A stretch of DNA of 64,000 nt, from NCBI RefSeq assembly GCF_006345805.1, contig NC_042999.1:38502001-38566000 (forward strand), given 5' to 3'. The stretch comes from Octopus sinensis. Taxonomy: Eukaryota. Each line of letters starts with the position of its first letter. Position 1 is the first letter of the stretch. The notes beneath the pieces are model-generated. The model did no database searches. It saw only the letters and a program-made list of their open reading frames with translations, and was not told the origin of the DNA. A program made the position numbers and the translations under genes. Positions 26,228 through 38,990 of the stretch are shown here, piece by piece.

Positions 26228-27519
26228 CGAGGGGCGTTCAATAAGTAATGCCCCTGACCCACTTCCCATAGCAGTAGAGCAACGAGACTTGGCACAGGTA
26301 TTAGTCTTTTTCTACATAGGAACCACCTAGAGTTACGCATTTCTCCCATCATTTGATGCAGCTCTGGATACCGTTTTTGTAGAAGACCCTAGCTTGGTCC
26401 TCCAACCTGAACGTGACTTCAGAAATCAAGGCTGCATCATCTGGGAAACGCTTTCCTTTCAAAAACAACTTCATGACTGGGAAGAGGGGAAATCAGAGGG
26501 TGCAAAGTCAGGAAAGTAGGGGGGATGGGGGAGGAGTTCATAGCCATACGCCTGTGCTTCTGATCTGGCGACAAGCGAGTTGTGGACCGGAGCGTTGTCC
26601 TGCAGGTGGAGGATGCCTTTGCTGATCTTGCCCCGCCTCTTGATTTTGATAACTTCTCTTAATTTCCTCAAAAGTGAAGCATAATAGGCTCCTGTAATTG
26701 TGGTACCTTTTGCCAAGAAATCTGTCATCACTACTCCGTCCTGGTCCCAGAAGACTGTGAGCATGACCTTGCCAGCGGAGGGCTGCACCCTTGCCTTCTT
26801 TGGAGGGGGTGAGTCACGGTACTTCCACTGCATTGACTGGGCTTTGGTCTTTGGATCATCGTGATGGACCCAGGTTTCATCCTGTGTAATCAGTCTTTTG
26901 AAAAATTTTGACTCATCTTCTTGGCACATCTCCAAATTCATCCTCGAGCACTCGACGCGTTCTTGCTTCTGGAAAGGCGTGAGCAACCTAGGAATCCATC
27001 TGGCAGACACCTTTTGCATATGCAAATGGTCATGAATGATAGTTTCCACAGACCCGGTACTAATCTTGACCTCATGGGCTATTTGGCGAATAATTATGCG
27101 TCGATCTTCCAAAATGGCAGCCTCAACTTGACGGACAGATGCCTCATCAATGGCAGAAGCGGGGCGACCAGATCTGGGAGCTGTTTCCACAGAGTTCCGA
27201 CCATGTTTGAATTCACGATGCCAGCGTTTTATAAGGCCATATGATGGGGCATCATCGCCATAAGTTACTTTCATTTCATCAAAAGTCTCCCGTGGTGTGC
27301 GTCCATTCAAATACAAAAACCGGATCACTGCTCGACACTCAACAGGCTGCATTTCACACTTGACTCAGTTCAAATACCTGTAAATCAGAAATCACAATTA
27401 GTTCAGAGCTGTAATTTGTTACTTACTCTATATAGATACAAATGATTGCACATGCAAAATGTCAGCTAGATCAAACAACTGCAAGTGGGTCAGGGGCATT
27501 ACTTATCGAACGTCCCTCG
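26228..27519 (-). mobile_element. Full-length mariner transposon (1292 bp)
   Basis: TIR cgaggggcgttcaataagtaatgcccctgacccactt at both ends (2 mismatches). TA duplication at 26226-26227 and 27520-27521. Confidence 0.97.
26301..27352 (-). pseudogene. Mariner DD34D transposase
   Basis: HTH N-terminus, PRSGRP, WIPRLL, ITQDETW, QDNAPVH, HPPYFPDFAPSDF with 34 residues between D2 and D3. One frameshift after SDF (~26485) and one in-frame TGA before WEKCVTLGGSYVEKD*. Confidence 0.95.
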
Positions 27520-27863
27520 TAAAGTTTTCATTAACAAAAACCATATAGGTATCAATTAATACTAATATATAATTATAATAAAGGGTAGTGATAAACAACA
27601 CCAATATGCTAGAGATAGACACCAAACGGCGCTAAAATCATATCTTGTACTCCGATGGAAGCGAGAAAATGCATAAAGAATTGTTTTTTAAAAAAGGGTT
27701 AATTATAGATCGATTTCTAACTTAGAGATATAAAATCCCTCTGACGCATTCAGTATAATATACTCCACAGTACAGAAATGCAAATATACACACTCAGACG
27801 AATAATACATACCCATACTTATGTATATACATACATAAATAAATACATACATACATACATGCA

Positions 27864-27899
<36 letters not shown>

Positions 27900-28274
27900 T
27901 TCACACGTATATACGAGTCAAATCTAATTTATTCATCTCAAACACGTGAATATATGACCAGAATATTACCACAGTGAATATGAATTAATCAGAGTAAATA
28001 ACATATATATTTATTCGTAATTAAAGATGAACTCATTATCACGATTTTATCAAGTGTATTGTGGTGTATATAATACTGAAGCCCGGGGTGTTTTATATCG
28101 CTCAACTAGAAATCGATCTATCTATAATTAATCTTTAAAAAAAAAAAATCTTATTTATTCATTCTCTCGCTTCTGCTAACGGAGTGCAAGATTTGATTTT
28201 AGTGCCATTTAGCGTCTATCACCAGCATATTGGAGTTGTTTATCAGCGCCCTTTATTATAATTATATATATTCG

Positions 28275-28425
<151 letters not shown>

Positions 28426-28915
28426 GCCGTCTTTCATATATATATATATATATAGCCGTCTTTCAAACAGAGCACGCCTCCAACAACCCTTTCCAGAAAA
28501 TAAGAAAACCAAAACAACACCCAAACACCGATACACACCTGTCTAAAAATCGGAACCTTCACTACTTTCAAAAAAAGAACACAGGACCTAACCCTAACTC
28601 TGTAAGCAGCCAGCGTTACAATATCAGGAATACCCCCACTTCAAGCAGAGAAAGGATAAATTAACACCCACAGCATAGACACTGCAACCTTATCCCCACC
28701 CAAAAGAGTTACCAACGAAATCTCCGCCCCATAAACCGGTTAAACAACCATGCACAACAAACCCACTCCACTTACAATGATTACCAACGAAGGCCTCCTA
28801 GAACACCACACCCGAATATGGGATATCGGGATGCTCTCCTCAATACTGCTCCAAGAACACACACCATAAACCACAACAGGAGACCCCACATCAACAAAGA
28901 ACAACTATATAATAG

Positions 28916-31271
28916 CTACCGTCCCAACCACCGCATTCATTTTTTAGACCCAATACGCAAACACAGAGACACAAGATAGCACCAAACAAGCAGGAGGAAC
29001 CAAAAGTAATAAAAATTATCAATCTAACTCACAAGGAACTAACAGCAAACCAAATTAACATACTTTCCAAAGGACTCAAGTTTACACCCACCCGACAACA
29101 CCCCAACTACAACGAAATGAAAGAAGACATCGCAGAATTCTGCAGAAAATTAAGACTTACTGAGGAGCTATACGATAAATACAACGAGGACGAATCGTTA
29201 GCCAGAAATAGGAGTAACTACACCCCCTCGAAAGGTAAGAACAAAACACTTGATGATTTCTGTGACCACATATCTAATTACCCATATCAACATATGCACA
29301 AACAAAAACACAAACCAAACTTCAGCAAAAAAGAATGGGCTGAGTTGAACAAATTAAAACAAGATAAAACAATAACAATCAAAGACCCCGATAAAGGGAG
29401 TGCTGTTGTCTTAATGGATACGACATTTTACATAACTTTGGTACTTTCTATGCTGGAAGACACAACATACTATGAAAAGGCACAAAACTACAGTCAACAA
29501 AAAATAATGAGGGAACTAAAATCCATATTAAACCCATACAAAGCAGGGCTCACCGACAAAGAATATGATTATATGACCAATTTCACAAGTAAAACTAGCC
29601 AATTCTACGGTATACCTAAGATCCACAAAAGTGAAAAAATAAGCAACGCATGCAAGATAGCTACAGACAAAATAATTAAAGTCCCTAATCCTAATGACCT
29701 CAAATTGAGACCCATAATAGCAGGTCCCGCATGCGAAACCCACCGCCTCAGTAACTTTTTAGACACCCTGTTAAAACCACTCCTCAAACATGTCAAAAGC
29801 TATATAAGGGACGACTTAGATATGCTCAATCACCTACCGAATACTATAAACCAAAACACCATACTGGTATCCTTCGATGTAGTCAACCTCTACTCCAATA
29901 TCCCCCACAACCTAGGACTAGAGGCAATCCAATTCTGGCTAGAGAATCACGCCAACGAACTACCACACCGCATCAAAAAAGAATTTGTGATAGAAGGGGT
30001 TAAATTCATCCTGGAAAATAATTTCTTCGCCTTCAATGACAACTTCTACCGACAAAAATCGGGGACCGCGATGGGTACACGAATGGCCCCCTCCTTTGCC
30101 AACCTAGTCATAGGATACCTAGAGATCAGTCTGTATCGTAAGGTTCTAGAAAGATATGGCAGCCCTTTCTCCATCTACATAGAAAACAACTGGAAGAGAT
30201 ATCTAGATGACTGTTTCATCCTTTGGCATAAAAATATAGAAAAACTCATAGAATTCCAGAAAATTTTAAACGGACTGGACGTAAACATCCAATTCACGAT
30301 GGAATATAGCCAACAACAACTCCCCTTCCTCGATATCCTCATTAAGAAAGCTAATAATATAATAGAAACAGACATATACTATAAGCCTACAGACTGTAAG
30401 CAATATCTTCCATTCAATTCATGCCACCCCAGACACACCAGGATGAATATCCCCTTCAATCTAGCAAAAAGGATATGCACTATAGTCTCTAACGCAAACA
30501 CCAGAGACACCACGACTACAAGAACTAAAAGATACCCTTATCACCAGGAACTATCCACCTTCACTTATTGACAAGTGCATTCAACGTGCCCTTCAACTTA
30601 ACATCAAGGAACTGAGACATCCCAAATCAAAGAAAAACTTACAACCAAAAGCCTTACCATACATCTCCACACACAACCCTCTCAATAACGAAGCCTTCGA
30701 CACCATCCTCCACAACATACCCCTCCTAAAAAAAGACCACAGAATGAACACAATCCTCCAAACACACACGATCATAAAAAGCAAAAGACAGCCTAGATCC
30801 ATGAAAAGTCTCCTTACACAAGCCCGAATTCACTCTTCAACACAGAAGCCGACAGTAAAAATATGTGGAAGACCCAATTGCGGGATATGCGACTATCTAA
30901 TTGAGGGATCAGAGTTCTCCTTCAAACAGGGACAACGGTTTACAATGAAAAGCAACTTCACATGTGCTTCGGAGAACCTAATATACTCACTAACCTGCTC
31001 CGGGTGTCAAGAGCAGTACATAGGCCAAACAAAAAATAGTTTGCGTAAACGAATGGCCCTGCACAGATCCCAGATAAAAATTCCCCAAAACAGAAAAATA
31101 GCTTTTAGCCAACACATAGATACTTGCGCCAACAAAAAAACACCAAACTTCAGAATTTTCCCCCTCTACCAATTTAGGGACGATACAACCTCGAGACAAC
31201 GAATAAGTAAAGAAAATCTCTTTATTACAAAATACAAGCCACTTCTTAACGGGTCTACGACTAACAATTAA
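28916..31271 (+). pseudogene. PLE reverse transcriptase + GIY-YIG endonuclease (single frameshift)
   Basis: Frame open from 28916. LSKGLKFTPT, SFDVVNLYSNIP, QKSGTAMGTRMAPSFANL, RYLDDCF, PFLDI, YYKPTD, SCHP. 1-nt frameshift at ~30510 restores RLQELKDTLITRNYP. Then CGRPNCGIC, NLIYSLTCSGCQEQYIGQT, KENLFITKYKPLLN. Confidence 0.95.
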
Positions 31272-31904
31272 TATACCTCAACTTTAGAATAAAAGAAATA
31301 TATACACACACAAATATTACACTCCATAGAATCCATTACTAATCAGCCCCATCACAGCTATACTTACACCCAATCATATTCTCCCTTCTCTGTTTTTTTT
31401 CTCTTCTTCTACTTCTTCCTCTTCTTCTTCATCATCATCATTATCATCATCATCGTCGTCATCATCATCACCACCATCATCACCACCATCTTCTCCTTCT
31501 CCTTCTTCTTCTTCTTCTTCTTCATCATCATCATCAACATCGTCATTGTCTTCTTCTTCTACTTCTCCACCTTCCACCCCTTAACCTTGTCACTAATGTC
31601 TTTCAGTATAACGCCTACGCAAATTCCATAAACAATTCCTGAATTGAACTGCGACTACTGTCAGCCACTGACCATTCAAAATACGACCATTAAGGCATTC
31701 CCAGATTTCCCCACCCCCTCTCCACATCAGCCTCATTATTTTTCACCTATCCTACCAAGAACTCAAAACGACCTCGAACACACAAGTGCAAACAAGGGAG
31801 TCAGAGAAAGGCAGAATGCTACTTATATCTGAACACTACTACAAAAATATTCTTTTAAAAAAACTTTTCTTCTAATTTTTCTAAATTTAATTATTTAATC
31901 GTTA

Positions 31905-31942
31905 CAGTTGAAAAGGTCTCAAAATGACCGAAACCGGTACTG
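31905..31942 (+). ncRNA. Decayed type I HHR in the PLE pLTR
   Basis: CAG-TTGAAAA-GGTC-tcaaaat-GACC-GAAAC-CG-GTA-CTG. All three stems intact; core differs from CTGAAGA at two positions. Confidence 0.65.
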
Positions 31943-31991
31943 AAAGATTCACTATAAAATCATCTTAGCATTTTCTATTTTTGACTTGTTT

Positions 31992-32026
<35 letters not shown>

Positions 32027-32054
32027 TATATATATTAGTACATATATATATACA

Positions 32055-32632
32055 GATTAGTGAACATATAGAAAGGTGTGCTAGGAATCTTAATCCTAAT
32101 TTCCTAATTTTTCCCTTCTATCAATGTTCACAGAACACATCAGTGCAAAAAAGAATGAATAAAAAGGCAACATTCATCAATAAATATCTTCCACAACTAA
32201 ATATATACACATAACATAATACAGAACACCAGTAACCCCCATACATCCCTTACACCATTTACTTTACTATTCTATATCTAACCTAATTGCATCAAATCCA
32301 GATCTACTTATCTCCCTTACAAATAAACTTTTTTCTCAGGGCCCTGACGCCGTTCATTAATCGGTGTGCATTCAAAGCAATGAATAGTTGTTTTCAAAGC
32401 AATGATTAGTAACTTACGAAACCGGTATGCTTGAATCTCTTTAACAATTCACAATAATGTATTTTATTACTTTTATTCCTACTTCAGTTCATCTGATTGT
32501 ATATATCTATCATTACTTTTCATAAAAACCTTTCCTTTTTTTATCCACAATGTGCATTTTCTTTTATTTTTCTTACTTTCCACTTACAGTACCACGTGTA
32601 GTATCTATTTTCTCTTTGTAACATATTTCTGT

Positions 32633-32633
<1 letters not shown>
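32055..32633 (+). mobile_element. Second, diverged 5-prime-truncated Neptune-type PLE
   Basis: EHIERCARNLNPNFLIFPFYQ..KRMNKKATFINKYLPQLN* parallels the C-terminus at 31100-31271. Decayed CTGACG..GAAACCGGTA at 32344-32427. (TA)n on both sides. Confidence 0.75.
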
Positions 32634-32687
<54 letters not shown>

Positions 32688-32692
<5 letters not shown>

Positions 32693-32892
32693 GCGCGGTT
32701 GTTGAAAAGTTCCTGAAAGACGCGAATGGAGGCTCAAATTTTCGGATTGTTTCACAGAGCTTAGAAACAATAATGATCACTGCAGTAAACATGTGAACCT
32801 GAGAGGAGAACATGTTGAATAAAATCATAATTAACTAATCCTGCTGTAATCCTTTGATCCGAAGACAAGAAATTTTCAGCAACCTCTCTTGT
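32688..32892 (+). mobile_element. Internally deleted mariner relic (MITE-sized)
   Basis: Degenerate TIRs (ggttgttgaaaagttcc / gaaattttcagcaacc) and C-terminal KHVNLRGEHVE*. Confidence 0.65.
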
Positions 32893-33429
32893 ACACACAC
32901 ACTCTCGCACAAACACATTCTCTCTCACTTACTCACTCTCTCCCTCACACACACACACACACACACACATACACACATTTATAATAAGGGTGGTTTATTC
33001 ACAATTTTTCAACCGAAAGGCAGAAATATATAATTCAGTAACGTGAATAAGAGCACTAGTAGCACCAGTATTGCAGGAAATATGAGTCAAAACAACTCAT
33101 GCCCTCAAGAATGCACTTATCTTAATGAATGACGAGGAATGGAAGCCCCTCATCACCGGTTATAGTCAGATCCCCAGTGATTTCGGTTTTAATTAACCTT
33201 GAGTAGCGGCTTTCACCCGCAACCTAGGATTAAACTCAACTGGCCTTGTCAGTTTATAAGGTTACCGTAGAAGACATACGCTGATTTCATAAAGGGTAAA
33301 AGTGAAAATTACAAATAAGAGTGGCTTATTTGAAATCTAGTTATTCCCGGATGCTGAGGGAGCTTGCCTCCCTTCTCAGTCATTAAGATGAGTTGTTTTT
33401 AATATTATTTCTATTAATAATGATGATGA

Positions 33430-33700
33430 TGGCGCCAAGGTATTTGAAAGCTAAAGCGATGTGGTGGACAACGAAAAACCTGGCTGATAACAGTCAAGGC
33501 TGATCTTGAACCCAACCTAGGCCCCCATATCTACGGCGTTCGCCGCTGGAATAAGGAGTGGTTGGAGATCACGCGGTCGTTCGCCTCAAATCGCCAGGTC
33601 TGATCGGCGTTTGTGAGAAACGCAGAATTGATGATGAATGAAGCTAGCTCAACCCACCTCGGGTGAATGCTGTCTCAAGACAAGAAGACAATAATGATGA
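33430..33700 (+). mobile_element. RTE-clade LINE 3-prime end
   Basis: GGQRKTWLITVKADLE..YGVRRWNKEWLE..ASNRQV*SAFVR..EASSTH, followed by acaagaagacaa tail. Confidence 0.75.
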
Positions 33701-33871
33701 TGTCTAGTGTTCTTAGTCACTTTAGCGAGACTCGCACACACACATACACACACACACATATACCACACACATACATATATGTGCATGTTATGCAAATATA
33801 TAGATGCATATATAACACATTCATATAAACATATATTATATACATGTAAACGTATGACACTTATTTACATT

Positions 33872-33902
<31 letters not shown>

Positions 33903-34370
33903 TATATATATATTACCACATATTTAATTCAAGCTAATAAGTTTGCTAACGTAAAAGCAAGGCAAAGTGCGATTTTAAATCATTCCTCTTGTGTATGTAT
34001 GTCATTTTCCAAATTAACATTTATATATTCAAGAATGCTTCAGGCAAATCGCAATCATGATCGCTTCTATACTCCACACACAGAAATACACGCACACTCA
34101 TACATATCTACCTACCTAACAACACATACCCGCACACACACACACACACTCACACACACATACACACACATATATACATACACATACGCATATTAATGCT
34201 GATTTTAACATGCACATCCGCATTTTAAATGAATCAAAGATTAACGTACATATTAATAAGTAGATATTTTAAAGTGGGTATTCATATCATTGCATTTGAA
34301 ACCGAACATTACCTAATTATACGTTTGGAAATAAGTGCTTCTCTGTAAAATAATTGATTATGCATAATGT

Positions 34371-34665
34371 TCAGAGAGGCAATAGTAAGTTCAACACGCC
34401 GGGCGAAATGCTTAGCGGTATTTCGCCTACCGTTACGTTCTGAGTTCAAATTCCGCCGAGGTCGACTTTGCCTTTCATCCTTTCGGGGTCGATTAAATAA
34501 GTACCAGTTACGCACTGGGATCGATATGATCGACTTAATCAGTTTGTCTGTCCTTGTTTTTCCACTCTGTGTTTAGCCCCTTGTTGGTAGTAAAGAAATA
34601 GGTATTTTGTCTGCCGTTACGTTCTGAGTTCAAACTCCACCGGGGTCGACTTTGCCTTTAATCTT
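34371..34665 (+). mobile_element. tRNA-derived SINE (family C)
   Basis: acgccgggcgaaatgcttagcggtatttcg, B box gagttcaaattcc, cggggtcgattaaataagtaccag. Head segment repeated at 34605-34660. Confidence 0.88.
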
Positions 34666-34698
34666 TTTGGGATTGTTTCAATATATAATACACCAATA

Positions 34699-34742
<44 letters not shown>

Positions 34743-34911
34743 GTACATACGTACGTGCATATGTATGTACGCCTGTGTGTATTTGTGTGTGTAGTGGATG
34801 TGAAGGCGAGGTAAATATATACAGGTGTACATATGTGTAGCAATCGCAGTGATACATCACTGTCTGAGTAGGCCTGTGTATTTTTCTGTCTGTCTATCTG
34901 TCTGTCTGTCT

Positions 34912-34962
<51 letters not shown>

Positions 34963-35080
34963 TATATATATATAATATATATATATATATATACACATAC
35001 ATACATACATACATACATACATAATACATACACATATATATATATATATATACATACATACAAACATACATACATACATA

Positions 35081-35162
<82 letters not shown>

Positions 35163-35168
<6 letters not shown>

Positions 35169-35352
35169 ATCCAAACAAGAAAGCACAAGAAACACAAAAA
35201 CGCGAGGACGTGGAACAAATATAGTATTATTGGACGCTCAGGAAAGAAGGAAAGAAGGAGAGCTTAACGTTTCGAGCGGAGCTCTACGTCGGAAACATAG
35301 GAGAAGGGAAGACAGGAAAAACAATTGCCAACGGTACACACGCGGTCACATT

Positions 35353-35355
<3 letters not shown>
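35163..35355 (-). mobile_element. Family D HHR element (copy 2)
   Basis: Antisense of 14300-14520. Core reads CCGACGT (A9 mutated). 3-prime end at (TA)n. Confidence 0.8.
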
Positions 35356-35412
<57 letters not shown>

Positions 35413-35417
35413 TATAT

Positions 35418-35612
35418 ATAGTTAATCCAAACATGAACAAACAGAAAGCACTACGTGAGGAGGTGGAGCAAGTATAGTATTATTGGACGCTCAGTAAAGG
35501 AAAGAAAGAAGGAGTTTTTAATGTTTCAAGCGGATCTCTTCGTCAGAAACATAGAAAAAGTCTAAGTCCAAGGAAGAGAAGACGGTGAAAGAAAATCGCC
35601 AACGATACACAC
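35418..35612 (-). mobile_element. Family D HHR element (copy 3, more diverged)
   Basis: Minus strand GTTT-CTGACGA-A-GAGAtccGCTT-GAAAC-ATT; canonical CUGA. 3-prime end at (TA)n. Confidence 0.72.
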
Positions 35613-35959
35613 ATGGTCACACACACACACACACACACGCCCACGCACATATACATAAATATATATGTAAATGTAGTGATATGCTAGTTAGTCAGATCAA
35701 AATATACTGCCTAATTAGCAGGGGTAATATAAATTTTTTTTCCATATTTACGTACCAAAATATCCGACTTACACAGAACACAACTCATATAGTAAATTAA
35801 AGGTTTTGAAGAGTAATATTACAAATCCAACAGCTGTTTTAGGTGGGAACGGTGTTCCAAAATATTGTCTGTAGATTGATGCCATCGTAAGATTAGACAA
35901 ATCTCTGTCTTCAGGGAAGATATCTTGAAAGAAAGGAATTCAAGTGTATATTCTGTTAT

Positions 35960-36336
35960 TCTTTCTTTTATTCTATAATTTGTTTCAGCCATATGTTTGC
36001 AGCCATGCTGGAGTACTGCCTTTAGTCGAACAAATCGACCCCAAGTCGTATTCCTTGTAAGCTTTGTACTTATTCTATCGTCTCTTCTGCCGAACCGATA
36101 ATTTACGGGCACGTAAACACACCAACACTGGTGGTCCAGTGATGGTGGAGGTAGGGGGCAAATACAGACACACACATAATACGAAGGGATTCTTCCAGTT
36201 TCCGTCTACCAGATACACACACAAGGCTTTGGTCAGCCCGAAGGTATAGTAGAAGACACTTGCCCAAGGTGCGACGCAGTGAGACTGAACCCGGATCCAT
36301 TCGTTTGGGAAGCAGGCTACTCACCACACAGCCACA
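35960..36336 (-). mobile_element. tRNA-derived SINE (family A)
   Basis: Antisense of 40277-40685. A further partial copy at about 36395-36590. Confidence 0.88.
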
Positions 36337-36644
36337 ATCACTGTTATAATTATTCGCATACTAGGTCGAGCAGAAACGTACATATACATACTCTTTTTCT
36401 TCTATATTTTACTTGTTTCATAAATCAGACTGCGACCATGCTGGGCCACGGCCTTGAAAAAAATTTATTCTGAATCATCAACAGGAGTACTTATCTTATG
36501 AAAGACTGGTACTAACGCTGACTTTTGTCGAACTTCTCGTTTACAGGATGCAAACACACCAACACCGGCTGTCAATCGGAAACATGCACAAAGACAAGGA
36601 CACACACTATCGGCTGTCATCATACATCACGATTCCCAATGCAT

Positions 36645-36677
<33 letters not shown>

Positions 36678-36730
36678 TGAATTGAAGAAATGGAGCTGAA
36701 CGCAGATTGAACAGAAATCGTTTTATTTCA

Positions 36731-36810
36731 TTCTACACGTGTTTCGAAAGGCACAATTTACCAAAATCCGATTGAATAATGGGACCATATTGTGTCTTTC
36801 TCTTCAGAAG
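36731..36810 (-). ncRNA. Type I HHR motif with long stem II
   Basis: CTGAAGA-GAAAGACACAAT..ATTGTGCCTTTC-GAAAC-ACGT-GTA-GAA. Stem II 11/12 bp, palindromic ACACGTGT; stem I weak. Confidence 0.72.
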
Positions 36811-37398
36811 AAAATAGGAAATCCGTTGGAAAAAACAAAAACAGAACAGAGGCGGAGCAAAAACAAATCGAACTAGGCTCCTAAGAGCCCATGGCGAAAC
36901 TGTTTATCAGTGTATGTTGAGAACCGGTGGCTGAAGAATTTAACGGGTCAGGCATCGGTCAATCATGTGGGTGAGGGTGTGTAGATGTTCTTTGTGACCG
37001 AGAATAAAGTTCTGACTATTTAAGGAATATTGGATGTTTTATAGGGGGCGAGAAAAAATCTACTTAGAGACGTGTGTGTGTATACTGTTCTATATATATA
37101 TGTGTGTGTTGGCGTAGGGGTAGAAAACATTTTTTGTGTACGTGTGTGCGTTTGATCGTTCGGCTGTCAGTGGTTACTGCAGTGAGAACCGTTGGGTGGC
37201 AGAAAAAAAATATATATTATGTTTTATGTGTGTGTGTGTTCATCTAAGCCTGCCTTGTCAAGGAAACCCCCCGTTGTGAAAAAACCAAGCCCCGTTTATC
37301 TTACAGGAGTAATTCCCCTTGCAGTGGTTAATCGTAGATATCTTAAAGGCTATTTCAGAATTTCTTACCAAGGGCTATGGGTGCCGGTATTATAAACG

Positions 37399-38085
37399 CT
37401 ATTTAAAAGCCAGATAAGTGTAACGCCGCCAATGGGGGCATCGAAAAGCCGACTGTAAAAGCCCGTTTACCATCCGGCCTCTGGCAAACAAAATATGGAA
37501 GAGTTCGGAGACACAAAGGTTGCACTGCCTTCTGCCCCTATCAAATGGGAGGGCCACCGACAAAATTGACCATTCCAGCCTGTAGCTTAAGTTCGTATCC
37601 TTCAGTCGCCATATTAGCTTACTGAGTCCCGTGGTCTGGCGCTTGTTCATGTCCCGAAAAGTTGCGTAATGGTTGGAGACTCGCAAAGACAATCTTGAGG
37701 ATGAGGCCCCTACATAAGTGAAGACATCTGAGTCCGTGTAAACCTTGCATTGGTAGACGGCGTTTTTGATCTTGGAGTTCGCCGACGTGAATCTTATTCT
37801 GCTAGGATTAATTTCTGAAATTAGAACTGCGTTCCTGTCGCTATATTCGTTCCGAGACCTGCAGCCGCTTACTACTCTATTTTCCACTACGTCACTATTA
37901 ACTATAGGAATAACCCCTGATTCTCCACTATCTATCAGAGTGCTGTCATTGCTAGTGCCCGTGGTGCTGCTATTGCGGGAAATGATGCTGGGGATGCTAT
38001 TGGGGCTCTCTACCCTACTCCCATTGTTACCGTCAATCACAACACCCCTATTTATAACTATACCCCTAGTGGGTACTCCCTGGCT
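37399..38085 (-). CDS. PLE linker + GIY-YIG endonuclease (5-prime truncated, stop-free)
   Basis: NAVYQCKV..TYVGASSSRLSLRVSNHYATF..TGLSKLIWRLKD..EWSIL..CNLCVSE..IL. Confidence 0.85.
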   Translation of the reverse strand, partial: SQGVPTRGIVINRGVVIDGNNGSRVESPNSIPSIISRNSSTTGTSNDSTLIDSGESGVIPIVNSDVVENRVVSGCRSRNEYSDRNAVLISEINPSRIRFTSANSKIKNAVYQCKVYTDSDVFTYVGASSSRLSLRVSNHYATFRDMNKRQTTGLSKLIWRLKDTNLSYRLEWSILSVALPFDRGRRQCNLCVSELFHILFARGRMVNGLLQSAFRCPHWRRYTYLAFK

Positions 38086-38990
38086 TGTCCGCCAGTGCCG
38101 ATATTTTTATGCAGAAAGCGGAATTTTATAACGCCGCACTATCCAAGGCCGGTTATAGGCAGAAGGTAATTTATATTGATCCGGCCCTTCCGATGCCATC
38201 ATTCGGTCATCAGGATAGGGCCGTATATAATAACATTAACAATTTAAGTAAGGACGGGAGCGCGGCGGATGCCGGGGTAGTCGCTCCCGCATTTAATTTA
38301 GCGAACAAGGATAATTATCGGTCCGGGAGGGCTTACACTAACCCAAGACCCGTTATTCATCCGAGAATCACCCACCCGAATGCGAGAGCTGGCGTCCCGA
38401 CCCATCACACTGATAGGAATAAGCATATATGGTTTGTAATCCCCTTTGGTAAGCAGATTAGAACTAACCTCCCCCTCATGTTTAGACAAGCCATCGCCAA
38501 TAACTTCCCCAGAAATTCCAAATATTACTCCACGGTTAACTCGCATAAAGTTAGGATAGCTTTCTCCAACACTAAAAACCTCGCCCAGATAATCGCCTCC
38601 CATAATAATAGGCTACTTACTAAGACCCTATCACCTTTTTCCGGAGGCACAGCCTCTTCCGCTCCCGGTTTAATGCTCAGTAGGAATAATTATAGTAGTA
38701 ATAATGATATGAGAGCCAGTACAGTGACACATAATCTCAGCTCCAGCCAGGGAGTACCCACTAGGGGTATAGTTATAAATAGGGGTGTTGTGGTTGACGG
38801 TAACAATGGGAGTAGGGTAGAGAGCCCCAATAGCATCCTCAGCATCATTTCCCACAATAGCAGCACCACGGGCACTAGCAATGACAGCACTCTGATAGAT
38901 AGTGGAGAATCAGGGGTTATTCCTATAGTTAATAGTGACGTAGAAGAGAAAGACACAATATGGTCCCATTATTCAATCGGATTTTGGTAA
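38085..38990 (+). CDS. PLE RT thumb/C-terminal region + linker (truncated, stop-free)
   Basis: LSASADIF..YNAALSKAGY, HIWFVIPF..TNL..F...I.NNFP..KVRIAFSNTKNLAQIIASHNNRLL. Last ~15 codons are read-through into the pLTR. Confidence 0.8.
   Translation: MSASADIFMQKAEFYNAALSKAGYRQKVIYIDPALPMPSFGHQDRAVYNNINNLSKDGSAADAGVVAPAFNLANKDNYRSGRAYTNPRPVIHPRITHPNARAGVPTHHTDRNKHIWFVIPFGKQIRTNLPLMFRQAIANNFPRNSKYYSTVNSHKVRIAFSNTKNLAQIIASHNNRLLTKTLSPFSGGTASSAPGLMLSRNNYSSNNDMRASTVTHNLSSSQGVPTRGIVINRGVVVDGNNGSRVESPNSILSIISHNSSTTGTSNDSTLIDSGESGVIPIVNSDVEEKDTIWSHYSIGFW

Larger units (their letters stand above)
28440..31998 (+). mobile_element. Penelope-like retroelement, Neptune-type, near full length
   Basis: RT + Cys-rich linker + GIY-YIG ORF, ~730-bp 3-prime region with (TTC)/(TCA) repeats and a decayed HHR, both ends in (TA)n. 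Confidence 0.93.

Noticed and set aside
36860-36915. Hairpin ggctc-ctaa-gagcc in the PLE 3-prime UTR as a possible SECIS element
   Set aside because: No AUGA/GA quartet with apical AA could be assembled, and the ORFs have no in-frame UGA.
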